Assembly: GCF_001194135.2 (NCBI RefSeq)
Contig: NC_068986.1
Location: 37,213,667-37,277,666, forward strand
Origin: Octopus bimaculoides
Taxonomy: Eukaryota
DNA length: 64,000 bases
Reading direction: 5' to 3'
Shown here in pieces: positions 12,848 through 24,117 of the stretch; within the stretch, counting starts at the first letter, position 1, and each line of letters opens with the position of its first letter. Made by a program: the position numbers and the translations under genes. The notes under the pieces were generated by a model. It had not been told where the DNA came from. It ran no database searches and saw nothing but the letters and a program-made list of their open reading frames with translations.

Positions 12848-13661
12848 GGATCTTGTTCAAAACGGGGGCACCAGTTTTCATTTATGTTTTATGTAGTGTT
12901 TTTTTGGTACCGAAAGACTTTCAAACTTCGTATACTTATCTATTTTGTGTTATAGAACAGAAAAAAATTTTTGTATTCGGATTTATTTCATGTAAAAAAT
13001 TGTCTTATTTCGATAATTTCAACCAATCACTGACAAGTATTCAGCTGTTTACACTTACTCCTTTGGTACTTTAAGCGGTGTAAAGCGTATTTAATTTCCA
13101 TTACTTCTGACATTTTGCAGAGGCAACACACGTGTGTTCGTTTTCCCTANNNNNNNNNNNNNNNNNNNNNNNNNNNNNNNNNNNNNNNNNNNNNNNNNNN
13201 NNNNNNNNNNNNNNNNNNNNNNNNNNNNNNNNNNNNNNNNNNNNNNNNNNNNNNNNNNNNNNNNNNNNNNNNNNNNNNNNNNNNNNNNNNNNNNNNNNNN
13301 NNNNNNNNNNNNNNNNNNNNNNNNNNNNNNNNNNNNNNNNNNNNNNNNNNNNNNNNNNNNNNNNNATTAGCTACTGCCAATATGCTTCAGCCATTTTTTG
13401 ACAAGGAAATAATAATTTTATCACCGCCGAGAATCGTTTGTTTACGTAGTCAGCACTTAATTTTTACGGTTGAATGGACGTCAGTCATTGGTTGAAATTA
13501 CAGAAATACGACAACTTTAACATGAAATAACTTGCGATGTACGTTTTTTTGTTAAGAAGACTAAGAGAAAAAGATGTTTTATATGACACATTCTACCAGT
13601 GTCCCAAGTTTCAAAGTGTTTCGTTAAGAAAATACTGGTGCCCCCGTTTTGAACAAGATCC
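12848..13661. mobile_element. Non-autonomous foldback DNA transposon, Merlin-like (GG terminus, 8-bp TSD)
   Basis: Perfect 28-bp TIRs GGATCTTGTTCAAAACGGGGGCACCAGT / ACTGGTGCCCCCGTTTTGAACAAGATCC. TSD TAAATCTC at 12840-12847 and 13662-13669. Imperfect arms of about 190 bp; centre partly N. Confidence 0.85.
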
Positions 13662-13691
13662 TAAATCTCCCTCAAATCGCACCTTGCTGCC

Positions 13692-13723
<32 letters not shown>

Positions 13724-13796
13724 GACCCCCACCACCTCACAACTAATGACGAAAGTTTGAATGAGTACCTTCCCGCAGCTCAATATATATTCCTTG

Positions 13797-14168
13797 AGTT
13801 GTTTCAGTCATTTGACTGCGACCATGCTGGAGCACCGCCTTGAAGAGCTTTTTAGTCGAAGAAATCGCCGCCCAGGACTTGATCTTTGTAAGCCTAGTAC
13901 TTATTCCATCGGTTCTTTGCCGAACCGCTATGTTACGAGGACGTAAACACACCAACACCAGTTGTCAAGTGGGAATGGGGGACAAAGCCACACACATACA
14001 TCCACATGCATGTGTGTGTGTATGTGTATACGACGGGATTCTTTCAGTTTCCGTCTACCAAATCCACTCACAAGGCTTTGGTCGGCCCGAGGCTATAGTA
14101 GAAGGCACTCGACCAAGGTGCCACGCAGTGGGACTGAACCCAGAACAACGTGGCTGGGAAGCAGGCCT
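13797..14168 (-). mobile_element. SINE family A, near full-length, relatively young
   Basis: Head GTGCCACGCAGTGGGACTGAACCC, body and tail all well conserved. Confidence 0.9.
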
Positions 14169-15534
14169 CTTATATATAAAGAGGATCAAAGGTCCTCCCC
14201 AAGCCATAGGCTCATAACGCCTGTTTCAAGTGTTTTACTCAAGAACCCAACGCATCGCCTGGCCTAGGAATCGAAACCACAATCATACGATCATGAGTGC
14301 AACACCCTAACGCCCCTCCACACACACACACGCACATCGAATTAAACGGTTAATAGTGAATCCATTAAATTAACTGGCCTCCACCTTAACCATCCCGATC
14401 GAAATCCTGACTACGCCGGAGCATAACCTTATAACCTTGGATAATGTGGTCCGAGGTATTGTGCACTTAGGATGTAAAGACTGGATGGTCACGTGAAAAT
14501 GATCAGAGCTAACCCGGGGGCTAAACATCGTCTGTCGTCACTGATTACATCACACAAACTTATACGTCATCATTCATTTACAATCAGATGAGTTTGATTC
14601 CTCTATTTCTTCATCCTTTCCCATATACAATTACGCGCCTTTCTCTCTCTCTTTTTCTTCCACGGTCTTTTTTTTTTTTTTTACTCTCTCCCGTCTCACT
14701 CCGTCTGTCTTGACTTTCTCTTTCCTAGACATGTATTTAGCGCGAACAGGCTATTTATGAATGTGTATATGTAAGTGTATGAGCTTTTCACTGAATATGA
14801 AATCAATTGTTTGCATACGCGTATGTGTGAGTGTATATGCATAAGTGTGTATGTGTGTGTGCGAAGCAAAATGCGAGCTTGCGCACTCAACTGTAGCCGT
14901 GTACATCAATATTAAACTAACAAAATTAACCAGTGGTATAATATAAATATCAACCGCAAACAAGAGAGGCAATCCCACCACCATCATCACCATCAACAAC
15001 AACACGTCACACTATGTTCAATTGTAATATCCAACACAACAACAGTTGGTTGACTTTATAGACCGAAAGCTACAAGAGAAGCCGTCATATCTGTCGAAAT
15101 TTTACAGACATGATAAATTACAAGAACACGTCCTGTACATAATATGATAAACCGAACGTCCTTCCCTCCGCCAACGACCTTCCGTCACACTCCGTCCGAC
15201 ACACGTCACCACTACCGCTACCGAATGCAGACACCAACCCTTATTATCCATGCTGCTGACATTAACCCCCTACCAACCTAGCTACCCACGTCCATGTCCT
15301 TCATACTTCAGACTTCAAAGGGAAGCGTCTTGACTACTTTTGCTAATATTATTTCTATCGTCAGTAAGAAGAAATTTAGGAGTCACCTTTGACCTATCTC
15401 TGATCGATAATAAGCAGAGAAAACGGAGATGAGATTAAGCGTGCGTTTATGTTGCCGACAGTGACACACACACAATTTATAATATACATACATATATATA
15501 TACATACACACACATACACATTATATATATAGAC

Positions 15535-15763
15535 GTAGGAGTGGCTGTGTGGTAAGGAGTTCACTTACCAACCACATGGTTCCGGGTTCAGTCCCACTGC
15601 GTGGCACCTTGGACAAGTGTCTTCTACTATAGCCTCGGGCCGACCAAAGCCTTGTGAGTGGATTTGGCAGACAGAAACTGAAAGAAGCCCGTCGTATATA
15701 TATGTACATATGCATATGTGTGTGTGTGTGTTTGTGTGTCTGTGTTTGTCCCCCCCCCCCAAC
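15535..15763 (+). mobile_element. SINE family A 5' half, young; runs into gap
   Basis: A-box TGGCTGTGTGG, B-box GGTTCAGTCCC, body CCTTGGACAAGTGTCTTCTACTATAGCC. Confidence 0.92.
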
Positions 15764-16454
15764 NNNNNNNNNNNNNNNNNNNNNNNNNNNNNNNNNNNNN
15801 NNNNNNNNNNNNNNNNNNNNNNNNNNNNNNNNNNNNNNNNNNNNNNNNNNNNNNNNNNNNNNNNNNNNNNNNNNNNNNNNNNNNNNNNNNNNNNNNNNNN
15901 NNNNNNNNNNNNNNNNNNNNNNNNNNNNNNNNNNNNNNNNNNNNNNNNNNNNNNNNNNNNNNNNNNNNNNNNNNNNNNNNNNNNNNNNNNNNNNNNNNNN
16001 NNNNNNNNNNNNNNNNNNNNNNNNNNNNNNNNNNNNNNNNNNNNNNNNNNNNNNNNNNNNNNNNNNNNNNNNNNNNNNNNNNNNNNNNNNNNNNNNNNNN
16101 NNNNNNNNNNNNNNNNNNNNNNNNNNNNNNNNNNNNNNNNNNNNNNNNNNNNNNNNNNNNNNNNNNNNNNNNNNNNNNNNNNNNNNNNNNNNNNNNNNNN
16201 NNNNNNNNNNNNNNNNNNNNNNNNNNNNNNNNNNNNNNNNNNNNNNNNNNNNNNNNNNNNNNNNNNNNNNNNNNNNNNNNNNNNNNNNNNNNNNNNNNNN
16301 NNNNNNNNNNNNNNNNNNNNNNNNNNNNCCGTGCGTGTGTGTAAATGTAAGGAATATAAAGCTTATAAGCTCCGAGGAGCGAGTCGCCAATTGCACGTAT
16401 CTGAATATTAAAAGGGTAGAGTAAATAACAAAAAAAAAAATAATAAAGTGATGG

Positions 16455-16645
16455 GGTTACGAGCTGGCAGAATCGTTGGCACGCTAAATAAAGTGCATAA
16501 CGACATTTCGAGATCAGTTTTGCTTTTCATCCTTTTGGGCTCGATTAAATAAGTACCAGTTAAGCACTGGGATCGATGTAATCGATAGACCCCTACCCCA
16601 GCTCCTATGAAGTTTCAAGCCTTGTGCCTATAGCAAAACGGAATT
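16455..16645 (+). mobile_element. SINE family C with internal deletion
   Basis: GAGCTGGCAGAATCGTT...TTTCATCCTTTTGGG...AAGTACCAG...GATCGATGTAATCGA. Confidence 0.75.
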
Positions 16646-17036
16646 AAATAACATACAAGATAGGTATTCGATTTATTGAAATTATCTCCGCTTCCAGAGA
16701 GACAGTAAGGCCAACCGCTTGTTGGCAACGACAACTGAAAAGATTGCAAGACGCAACAACAATTTTAGGAACAATAAATAAGCAAATGAGTGGAAACTTT
16801 ACCGGTGAGTGTGTTAAATAAGGCACTAAAGGTGAATAACTCTTCCCAGACACAAGATATGGTCCAACACTCGAACTCACATAAAGAATCTTGCAAACCA
16901 AATCCAAAAACGAGATATAGAGATTTAGAAAACGAGATATATATAGTGATTTAGAAATGTATTATTTCTATTTTTGAAATCAGTGAATATGTTTCACTAG
17001 AATTATTATATGTTTACGAGAGCTTGGCAGGCATCT

Positions 17037-17113
17037 CCAGCTAGCAGGCCATTGCTACTCCAGACTGATGAGCAAAGACTCAGAAACCTGTCTCTGGATG
17101 CAGGCTTAGCTGG
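17037..17113 (+). ncRNA. Type I hammerhead ribozyme motif (stem II probably damaged)
   Basis: Stem I TCCAGA(17059-64)/TCTGGA(17093-98). Core CTGATGA(17065-71) and GAAA(17083-86). Stem III AC-ct-GT, cleavage triplet GTC(17090-92). Distal stem I CCAGCTA/TAGCTGG with a TAC bulge. Confidence 0.75.
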
Positions 17114-17977
17114 GTGGAGGAGCTTGTCTCCCCATTGTGAACATAAGGACACAGGAAATGTGTCAAAGCCGACAGGAAGCGGTGCTGCTTCCTAGGGCTA
17201 AATAGCAGTAGTATTATTCCTTTCATGCGATTGAGGAAAACATTAAAAAATAACATTGGTTGACAACCGCACACACACACATTATTGATATCTTACAGTT
17301 GCCAAAATAACCATGCAATGTTCACGTGTACTGTTAGTTTATATTAATTCAAAACTTCTAGAAACCTTAGAAGTTATTACTATAGGTTTTATGAATAAAT
17401 TCAAACGACACTGAACTAATGTGGGAGAATAACAAATGAATTCAATAACCAAACTAAATCGTTTAATATTTGTTTGTTTATTTATTTATTTTGCTCAATA
17501 AAAACCTGAAGGTTGGTTTGTTTACTCTCAATGGTTATATCATAGAAGGAAAGCTATTGTCTACATCTCGTGTTTTCGAATTCGTTACGATATCCCATTC
17601 AAAATAACGACGGAGAAGGAAAAAGAAAAGTTGAATCAAGCAATTGTCTACAATTTCTGATTTGTCATAAGAGAAAACTTATGAATTGCTTATATATTCG
17701 GGTCAAATGAAAATATTCATTGACACGGCCATGTACTAAGTGTCCCACACGTAAGAGAGCATTTAACATACTATACATGTATAAATGCTGTTCTACTTGT
17801 GCAACATATGGTAGCAATATTTAGTTAGAGTAGTGGGCAGTGACTTCAGACACTATTTCAGGGCGTTATGCTTCTGTTTGACACAAGCCACTTCGACAAC
17901 AGCGAGCTCTGACTGACAGTATGCCTAAAGTGGACCTCCAACCCAGAATTAGAGATTCCTAGCTTTCTTTATCTTTC

Positions 17978-18171
17978 ATTTGTTTCATAGTCATTGGAAG
18001 AGTTTAGTCGAACAAATTGATCCCAGTATTCATTTGGTAAGTCTAATACTTATCTTAACGGTCTTTTGCCGAACCTCTAAGCTACGGGGTCGTTCACAAA
18101 CTAACACTGGTTGTCAAGCAGCGAGGAAGGCCAAAATACATACACACACATATCTATATCTATTTACATAG

Positions 18172-18244
<73 letters not shown>

Positions 18245-18370
18245 ACGGGCTTCCCCTCAGGTTTCGCTTATCAAATTCACTCACAAGGTATTGGTCAACT
18301 CGGAACTATAGTAGAAAATATTTGGCCAAAGTGCCGCATATTGGAACTGAACCTGAAACCGCATGCTTGT
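17978..18370 (-). mobile_element. SINE family A with expanded internal (TA)n (18177-18241)
   Basis: Tail and head halves flank a roughly 32-unit TA tract at the family's usual microsatellite position. Confidence 0.8.
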
Positions 18371-18544
18371 TATGGGTAAATAACATCACTGCCAAAATGC
18401 TAGGGAATAAACTTTATAATAAATAAACCTAAAGTTGATCCCGAAAGGTGGTTTGGTACTCGACTCAATAGCGTCCCGGCAATTTCTATAAACAGACTGG
18501 TGTCAACGTAATGCTTTCTGTCAAGGCAATTCATGATTTCCATA

Positions 18545-18780
18545 CAAGAATTCAAGATTGTGGCCTGGAGAGGTCGATCACTTCAAAGCAACTATGAAAA
18601 TTGCTAACACCACAAGACATATTGCCCCAAGGCTGGGTTAGATGTCTAGTCACAAACGAGTACAGCGAGTACAGCAACTTCAACAAGGAAGATAACAGCT
18701 GTGGGTTGCGTCTGGCGGTAGGACAAATACTACTGACTGAACAATGGTGTAAGCTCTATTGTATCTCGAAACAGATATGT
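18545..18780 (+). pseudogene. Decayed RTE-like LINE ORF C-terminal remnant
   Basis: Frameshifted translation KIVAWRG..KT/ILPQGWV..NKEDNSCGLRL..EQWCKL resembles the RTE/BovB C-terminus pattern KLAWFGH..KTILQGTV..IKED..W. Confidence 0.4.
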
Positions 18781-18899
18781 GTCAGAAAAAGAGGAGAAAG
18801 AGATGGAGAGTGAATGAGTGGGGAGTGTAGGGAGAGAGAAAGAGAGGAGAGACAAACTGAGAGAGAGAGAGAGAAAAGGTGGAGAAGAAGCAATATTTC

Positions 18900-19400
18900 T
18901 TTATAGAACCCCTGTCGGGATTTGGTCCAAGAGCAGCCCGAACTGAGCAGACCTATGATTAAAAGGCACCCTAGTATTTTTGTAAATCCAAATAACCAAC
19001 ATTTCCCAATATGATTTGATTCGAGGAAGATTTAACTGCTATTTTTAGAAGATCGAGTGACCACACAAAGGTTTCCCCGTTGGTTCGTGGTGTCCACACA
19101 TCACAGCAAGTTGTGGGATTTCAACATGACCTTCCCTTTTAAGACGATAGGGAGTAACGTGAAGATTTGGTTACTATTTTTAGCATGCCATGCGACTACA
19201 TAGAGGTTCCTTCATTGATTCGTGGTCTTTACGTCACAGTGGGTCGTGGGCCTTCACACTGACGTTCCATTTTCAGACGATTCAGTGTGATTTGAGGAAG
19301 ATTTGTCTACTGTTTCTAGTATGTTGAGCGATCACGTGGAAGTTTCTAAATTGGTTTGTGGTGTCAACATGTTACAATGGGTTGTGCAGTTCAATTCATA
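18900..19400. repeat. Repeat family D, three diverged tandem units of about 135 bp
   Basis: GAAGATTT..CT.TTT.TAG motif at 19026, 19161 and 19297. Same motif as GAGGGAGATTTGGCTGCTATTTC elsewhere in the window. Confidence 0.75.
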
Positions 19401-20039
19401 GAGACGAACTAAGCTTTCCAAATTTATAACAGAAATAAACAAATTTGCGTGATATTTCCAATGTCCTCGTCATCTCGTTTATTATCTTTGCTGATTGCAG
19501 TTGTTCCGACAAACGAGCAAATTTCTAAACAATGAGTGGATGTTTAGACAATTCCGTTTAATTTTCGCTGTGTTTAAAAGACAATAGTAAATTCTGTAAT
19601 CATAGAATATTGCTCAAATAATTCTAGCTATCCATCTCGTTTACATTTATCGCATCCCTCCTTCCATTTTCATATCTCAACTTCATGACTGTGCTGGTCT
19701 CTCTCTCTCTCTCTCTCCACATATACATACATACACACAAGTATAATCATACATACTTACACATACTTTATATACATAACTATGTTTTCAGACAATCTCT
19801 TTATCGTTTTAATTTATTTGGTTCTCATTTTTTAATTATTTTATAACAATTGTTTTTAGTTCCAAAAATCTCAGCACCAAATTACCACAAGCACCCACCT
19901 AACTTAACCTCATTCTTTTTCTATTATTTTCATAAGAAAAATAGACGAAAATTGACTACATTTTGAAATAAATTCCACACACACACACTTACCCAAATTG
20001 AATTGCTGGAGTTATTTCATTTTTTTTCTTTTTTCCAGA

Positions 20040-20150
20040 AAAATGTTTTAAAAATGTTATAGAGGTTTAAAGTTGAATCATTTTCACCCAATCAGGAAAC
20101 AGGATTTGGAAGCTGTCATTTTGTGTGTGACTTCACATTTTGTCAACAAC
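20040..20150. repeat. Unclassified interspersed repeat (second copy inverted at about 58495-58575)
   Basis: AAACAGGATTTGGAAGCTGTCATTTTGTG is shared in opposite orientation. Confidence 0.75.
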
Positions 20151-20289
20151 TTGAAAATAGCACGTGTTGTCAATATTTGTAAACAACACGTTATGTCTCC
20201 GGTAATTTTCTTTCGTGTAAATAAATGTTTATGAGAATTTTAAAATTTGCCAGTAAAATCTTATAAAATCACTATGTTCCAAAAGATGT

Positions 20290-20370
20290 ACACGACGGGC
20301 TTCTTTCAATTTCCGTCAATCAAATCCACTCACAAAGCTTTAGTCGGCCCTAGGCTATAGTAGAAGACAC
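20290..20370 (-). mobile_element. SINE family A body fragment
   Basis: CGACGGGCTTCTTTCA...AAATCCACTCACAAAGC...GGCTATAGTAGAAGACAC. Confidence 0.8.
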
Positions 20371-20389
20371 ACACACATTATATATATAT

Positions 20390-20428
<39 letters not shown>

Positions 20429-20457
20429 CGCACGAACCCGCCCACACATACATACAT

Positions 20458-20490
<33 letters not shown>

Positions 20491-21697
20491 TCATGCACAG
20501 CGACACTTACAATTGTCGCGGTTTTAGGTCGGAAGATCCCACCACCACCACCACCATTCCTTCCTACGTTCAAACAATGATGTGATGCATCTACATACGC
20601 TTTGTCTTCCATCAACCACGAAATGTCTGACAGCAGAATTATAAACAATTTGCTGTGTTATGGCTTTTTAAATCTCCGGAGCAGAAGCACATAAGAATAC
20701 CTTAATTCTTAAGATTTCTCTCTCCTGCAGCTGGCACTTTACCAAATTTTACACAGCTACATGCAGACACATACATAAACACATCCGCACACATTCACAT
20801 ATACACGCGCATGCACGCTCATCCAAACATACACATACCTTCACATATACATATACGCATACCCATATAGACACACACTCATAACCATATGCACACATAT
20901 ACGTCTATCCATCCACGCACATAATCCATATCCCCATACGCTTATAATCATATATATACAAACACATTATCCACACGCATGTAGAAATATCCATCCGAAT
21001 ATGCACACACGTATATATATATATATATATATATATATTCGCTCACGCACACTTCCATATATTCATACGCTCACAGCCATATATAAACACACTTAGCCAC
21101 ATGCATCACATATATCCATCCATACTTGTACACCTCTCCATATACAAACGCATATCCATATACACAACACATCCCTCCATAGGTGCAGATGTTTACGCGC
21201 TCACATATATACCGTCTGAGGAAAATTAATTTGAATTACGCAGTTCACTGGATACGTACGTCTGTCCATCTGTGTCTGTCGGTGCTAACATCAGCCTCTT
21301 TGCCACCTCCTTTCACCAGAATATCATTACTTCCATCATCATCACAGCCTCTCCGGTAATTTTTCTATTTCACTGAGATGATCTATTACCCATCTTTCGA
21401 ATGTTGTTTGTTGCTGCTGCTGCTGCTGCCTTTGCTGGTGCTGTTGTTTTTGTTTTTATAACAGTTTACAAGGTTTGAAGGTACAAGAGTAAAAATCTAC
21501 TCGGATTATTTTACATGCAGGTAGATTTCGAAACTCTAAACCAGACAGACATCTGTGATCAGGTGTAAAGAAGTAAAAACAGAGAACCACGGAGAGAAGG
21601 AGGAAGAAACAGAAACAGAGAGAGAGAGAGAGAAAGGGCTCTTTCTCGGAGTTTCATTACTTTTTACATGATTTTATATTATTTTTGTATTTTAATA

Positions 21698-21918
21698 CCG
21701 GTTTCAAATTTTGGCACCAGGTCAGCAAATTTTGGGGGCGGGTATGAGTCGATTTCACCGACCTCACTGCTCAACTGGCACTTATTTTATCGACCCCCGA
21801 AAGGATGAAAGACAAAGTCTCGACCTCAGCGGAATTTGAACTCGGAACATTAAGACGGATGAAATACCGCTTAACATCTTGTCTGGCGTGCTAACGATTC
21901 TGCCAACTTGCTGCCTTA
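21698..21918 (-). mobile_element. SINE family C, full-length
   Basis: Head reverse complement (CTAACGATTCTGCCAACTTGCTGCC), body CGAAAGGATGAAAG, tail TTTCAAATTTTGGCAC. Confidence 0.88.
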
Positions 21919-22207
21919 ACAATTGCAATATACTGGTTTCAAATTCCGGCACAAGGCCATCCAATTGCAAATATATTGGAAAGATGATGTTGGTGAATTA
22001 TTGTTGAATATCGTCACCATTGCTGTTTAGCCTTAGAAAGACATGGTTAGGTGATTGAGTTGATAACTTCATAACTTCCCAATTTCGAGTTTGAATTCAT
22101 TTCCCGAGTTGAATTAATTTTGGTGCAAGAATATTCTAAAAGAGCTTCGGAATGACAAAAAGACATCATATTGACGAACTTTTTAAAAACAAATTACAAC
22201 ACGATTA

Positions 22208-22424
22208 TACGAAGGGGTGCACAAAAATTCCTGGCTTTGGGCAAAAGAAAATACGGGAGGATCGATTAATTATGATTTTATTCGACACATTCCCCTCTCA
22301 AATTCAGGCTTATTGCAGCAGCCCTTTAATTTTTCTGATCCCTGTAAAAGAATTCGGAAGGTTGGATCTCCAACCAAGCCTTTCGTGATACCCTTAAAAC
22401 TAGGAACTTTCAGCACTTCTCGTA
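22208..22424. mobile_element. Mariner-type MITE (about 215 bp), decayed
   Basis: TA-CGAAGGGGTGCACAAAAATTCCTGGCTTT versus AAAACTAGGAACTTTCAGCACTTCTCG-TA form imperfect TIRs with TA flanks. Confidence 0.7.
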
Positions 22425-22469
22425 CCGTAATACTGTATGTAAAGTATTACTTGAAAGAATTTACCAACG

Positions 22470-22730
22470 TAGGCGTAAGCATGGTTATGTGACCAATGAG
22501 TCGGCTTCGCAACTAAGGAGGTTTCAGGTTCAGTCCCAACTTGCGACATCTTTGGCAAGTGTCTCCTACAATAACCGTATACTGGTCAATACCTTGTGAG
22601 TGAACTTAGTAGACAGAAACTGCAGAAACCGGTGTCTGTGTTTCAATGCCAGACGCATTACAACAGTAGTTTGCTTACGTGCTTGTAAACTTAGCGGTTC
22701 GGTAAAGAATGACACATAAATAAGGAAGTA
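22470..22730 (+). mobile_element. SINE family A, old decayed copy
   Basis: GGTTCAGTCCC...GGCAAGTGTCTCCTAC...CTTGTGAGTGAACTTAGTAGACAGAAACTG. Confidence 0.7.
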
Positions 22731-23385
22731 TAGTTGATTAGATAATTTCAAAAGTATTGTGCACTGCATCATACTCATGCACACCCAAATTGGGTGCTAC
22801 TGTTTTGTCGTGTTTGTGAAGCCTTGTACGTCTGACTTAACAGGTCTCTAATCAAACCGTTCCAGTTGAAGTCATGTCGACTTTTTAGTGATATCTAGGT
22901 CTATATGTAATGTGACGCTCCACTTCTGTAAAAACGGTGGTGAACGTTGTGAGGGAAGATTAGTTAAAATTTCTGTGAAGACCGTAGAAGGTTCTGTTGT
23001 CGGCTAGTTGTTTCATCTATTCTTCATTCTATTATGACAGAAACAAACGGAGTCCAGATTTTCTTTTTTAATTGGTGTGTGGCTTCTTGAAAAAATCGTT
23101 TTGCTATTTCTCAAGTTATTAAATATGAAGTACGTGACACAGCAATTTTCAAAAGAAAAGAAATGAAACAAGTTACACAGAAAACGAAATACAATGTAAA
23201 TACAATTCTTTTATACAACAAAGCAATTTCTTTGAGATATCGGTGACTATATACAAAATATATTGGGAGCGCTTAACAAGGTGGTTCGACTTGTTAAAAA
23301 TAGAAGCTAAATCTCCCTTAAATTACACCCTACCGTCTTAAAAGTAAACTGAAATATTGGATAGTGTGTCATTACCCTAATATGA

Positions 23386-23613
23386 AGGCGGTGAGCTGAC
23401 AAGATAGTTATGTGTCGAAAAAGTGTTGCGAGGTAATGTCTTCCAATTCATTCGTTAGATACTGAGTTCAAATACCGTTGAGGTTGACGTTGGCTTTTCA
23501 GTCTTTTGGGGTCGATAAAATACGAATAAGCACCAGTCGAGTACCGAGATCGATATAATCAACTCAACCTCACCTTCTAAGTTTGCTGGACTTGTACTTA
23601 AATTTGAAACCAT
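23386..23613 (+). mobile_element. SINE family C, decayed
   Basis: GGCGGTGAGCTGAC...GAGTTCAAAT...GGGGTCGATAAA...AAATTTGAAACC. Confidence 0.75.
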
Positions 23614-24083
23614 TTCCGAATATGTCGCGTGACTGTATTTGGTAAATAGAAAAGCCTGTCTTTATACATACATACATACATACATACATAATCTTACTGA
23701 TTTAAATGTCTGGTGAGTTAAAGAAGGGCCCGTAAATAGTTGAAGCCTTACTCCAAAAAGAAAAGATGGAACCCTTTTTCTCACCCTACCGGGGCTTGTA
23801 GGCAATTTTATTGTACCTTACAAAATTTCTTTCGGCGGCCTGAGTTGATCAAATTTTGATCAAGTCGATAAAATCTAACCTAGGGCTAAACGACATCAAA
23901 AACAGCAACAGATTCACAACCAAAAGGAATCTCGATTCATTCATTTTGTTTACGCTGTTTAAAAGCTGTTCTAGAAATATTTACACAACGTATGTATTTT
24001 TAATTAATACAACGCCTGTTAATTAATACTTCAATAACCGACAATAGACAGCAGTTAGAATAGTGAGACGGAAAAAGAAATAC

Positions 24084-24117
<34 letters not shown>

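Noticed and set aside
17060-17200. RTE LINE C-terminal reading (SGCRLSWVEEL...ADRKR)
   Set aside because: Similarity is marginal with stops. The multi-helix hammerhead fold explains the sequence much better.
18990-19400. CRISPR-like repeat-spacer array (also 37068-37171)
   Set aside because: Eukaryotic context, units diverge along their whole length, no identical repeats with unique spacers, and no cas genes.
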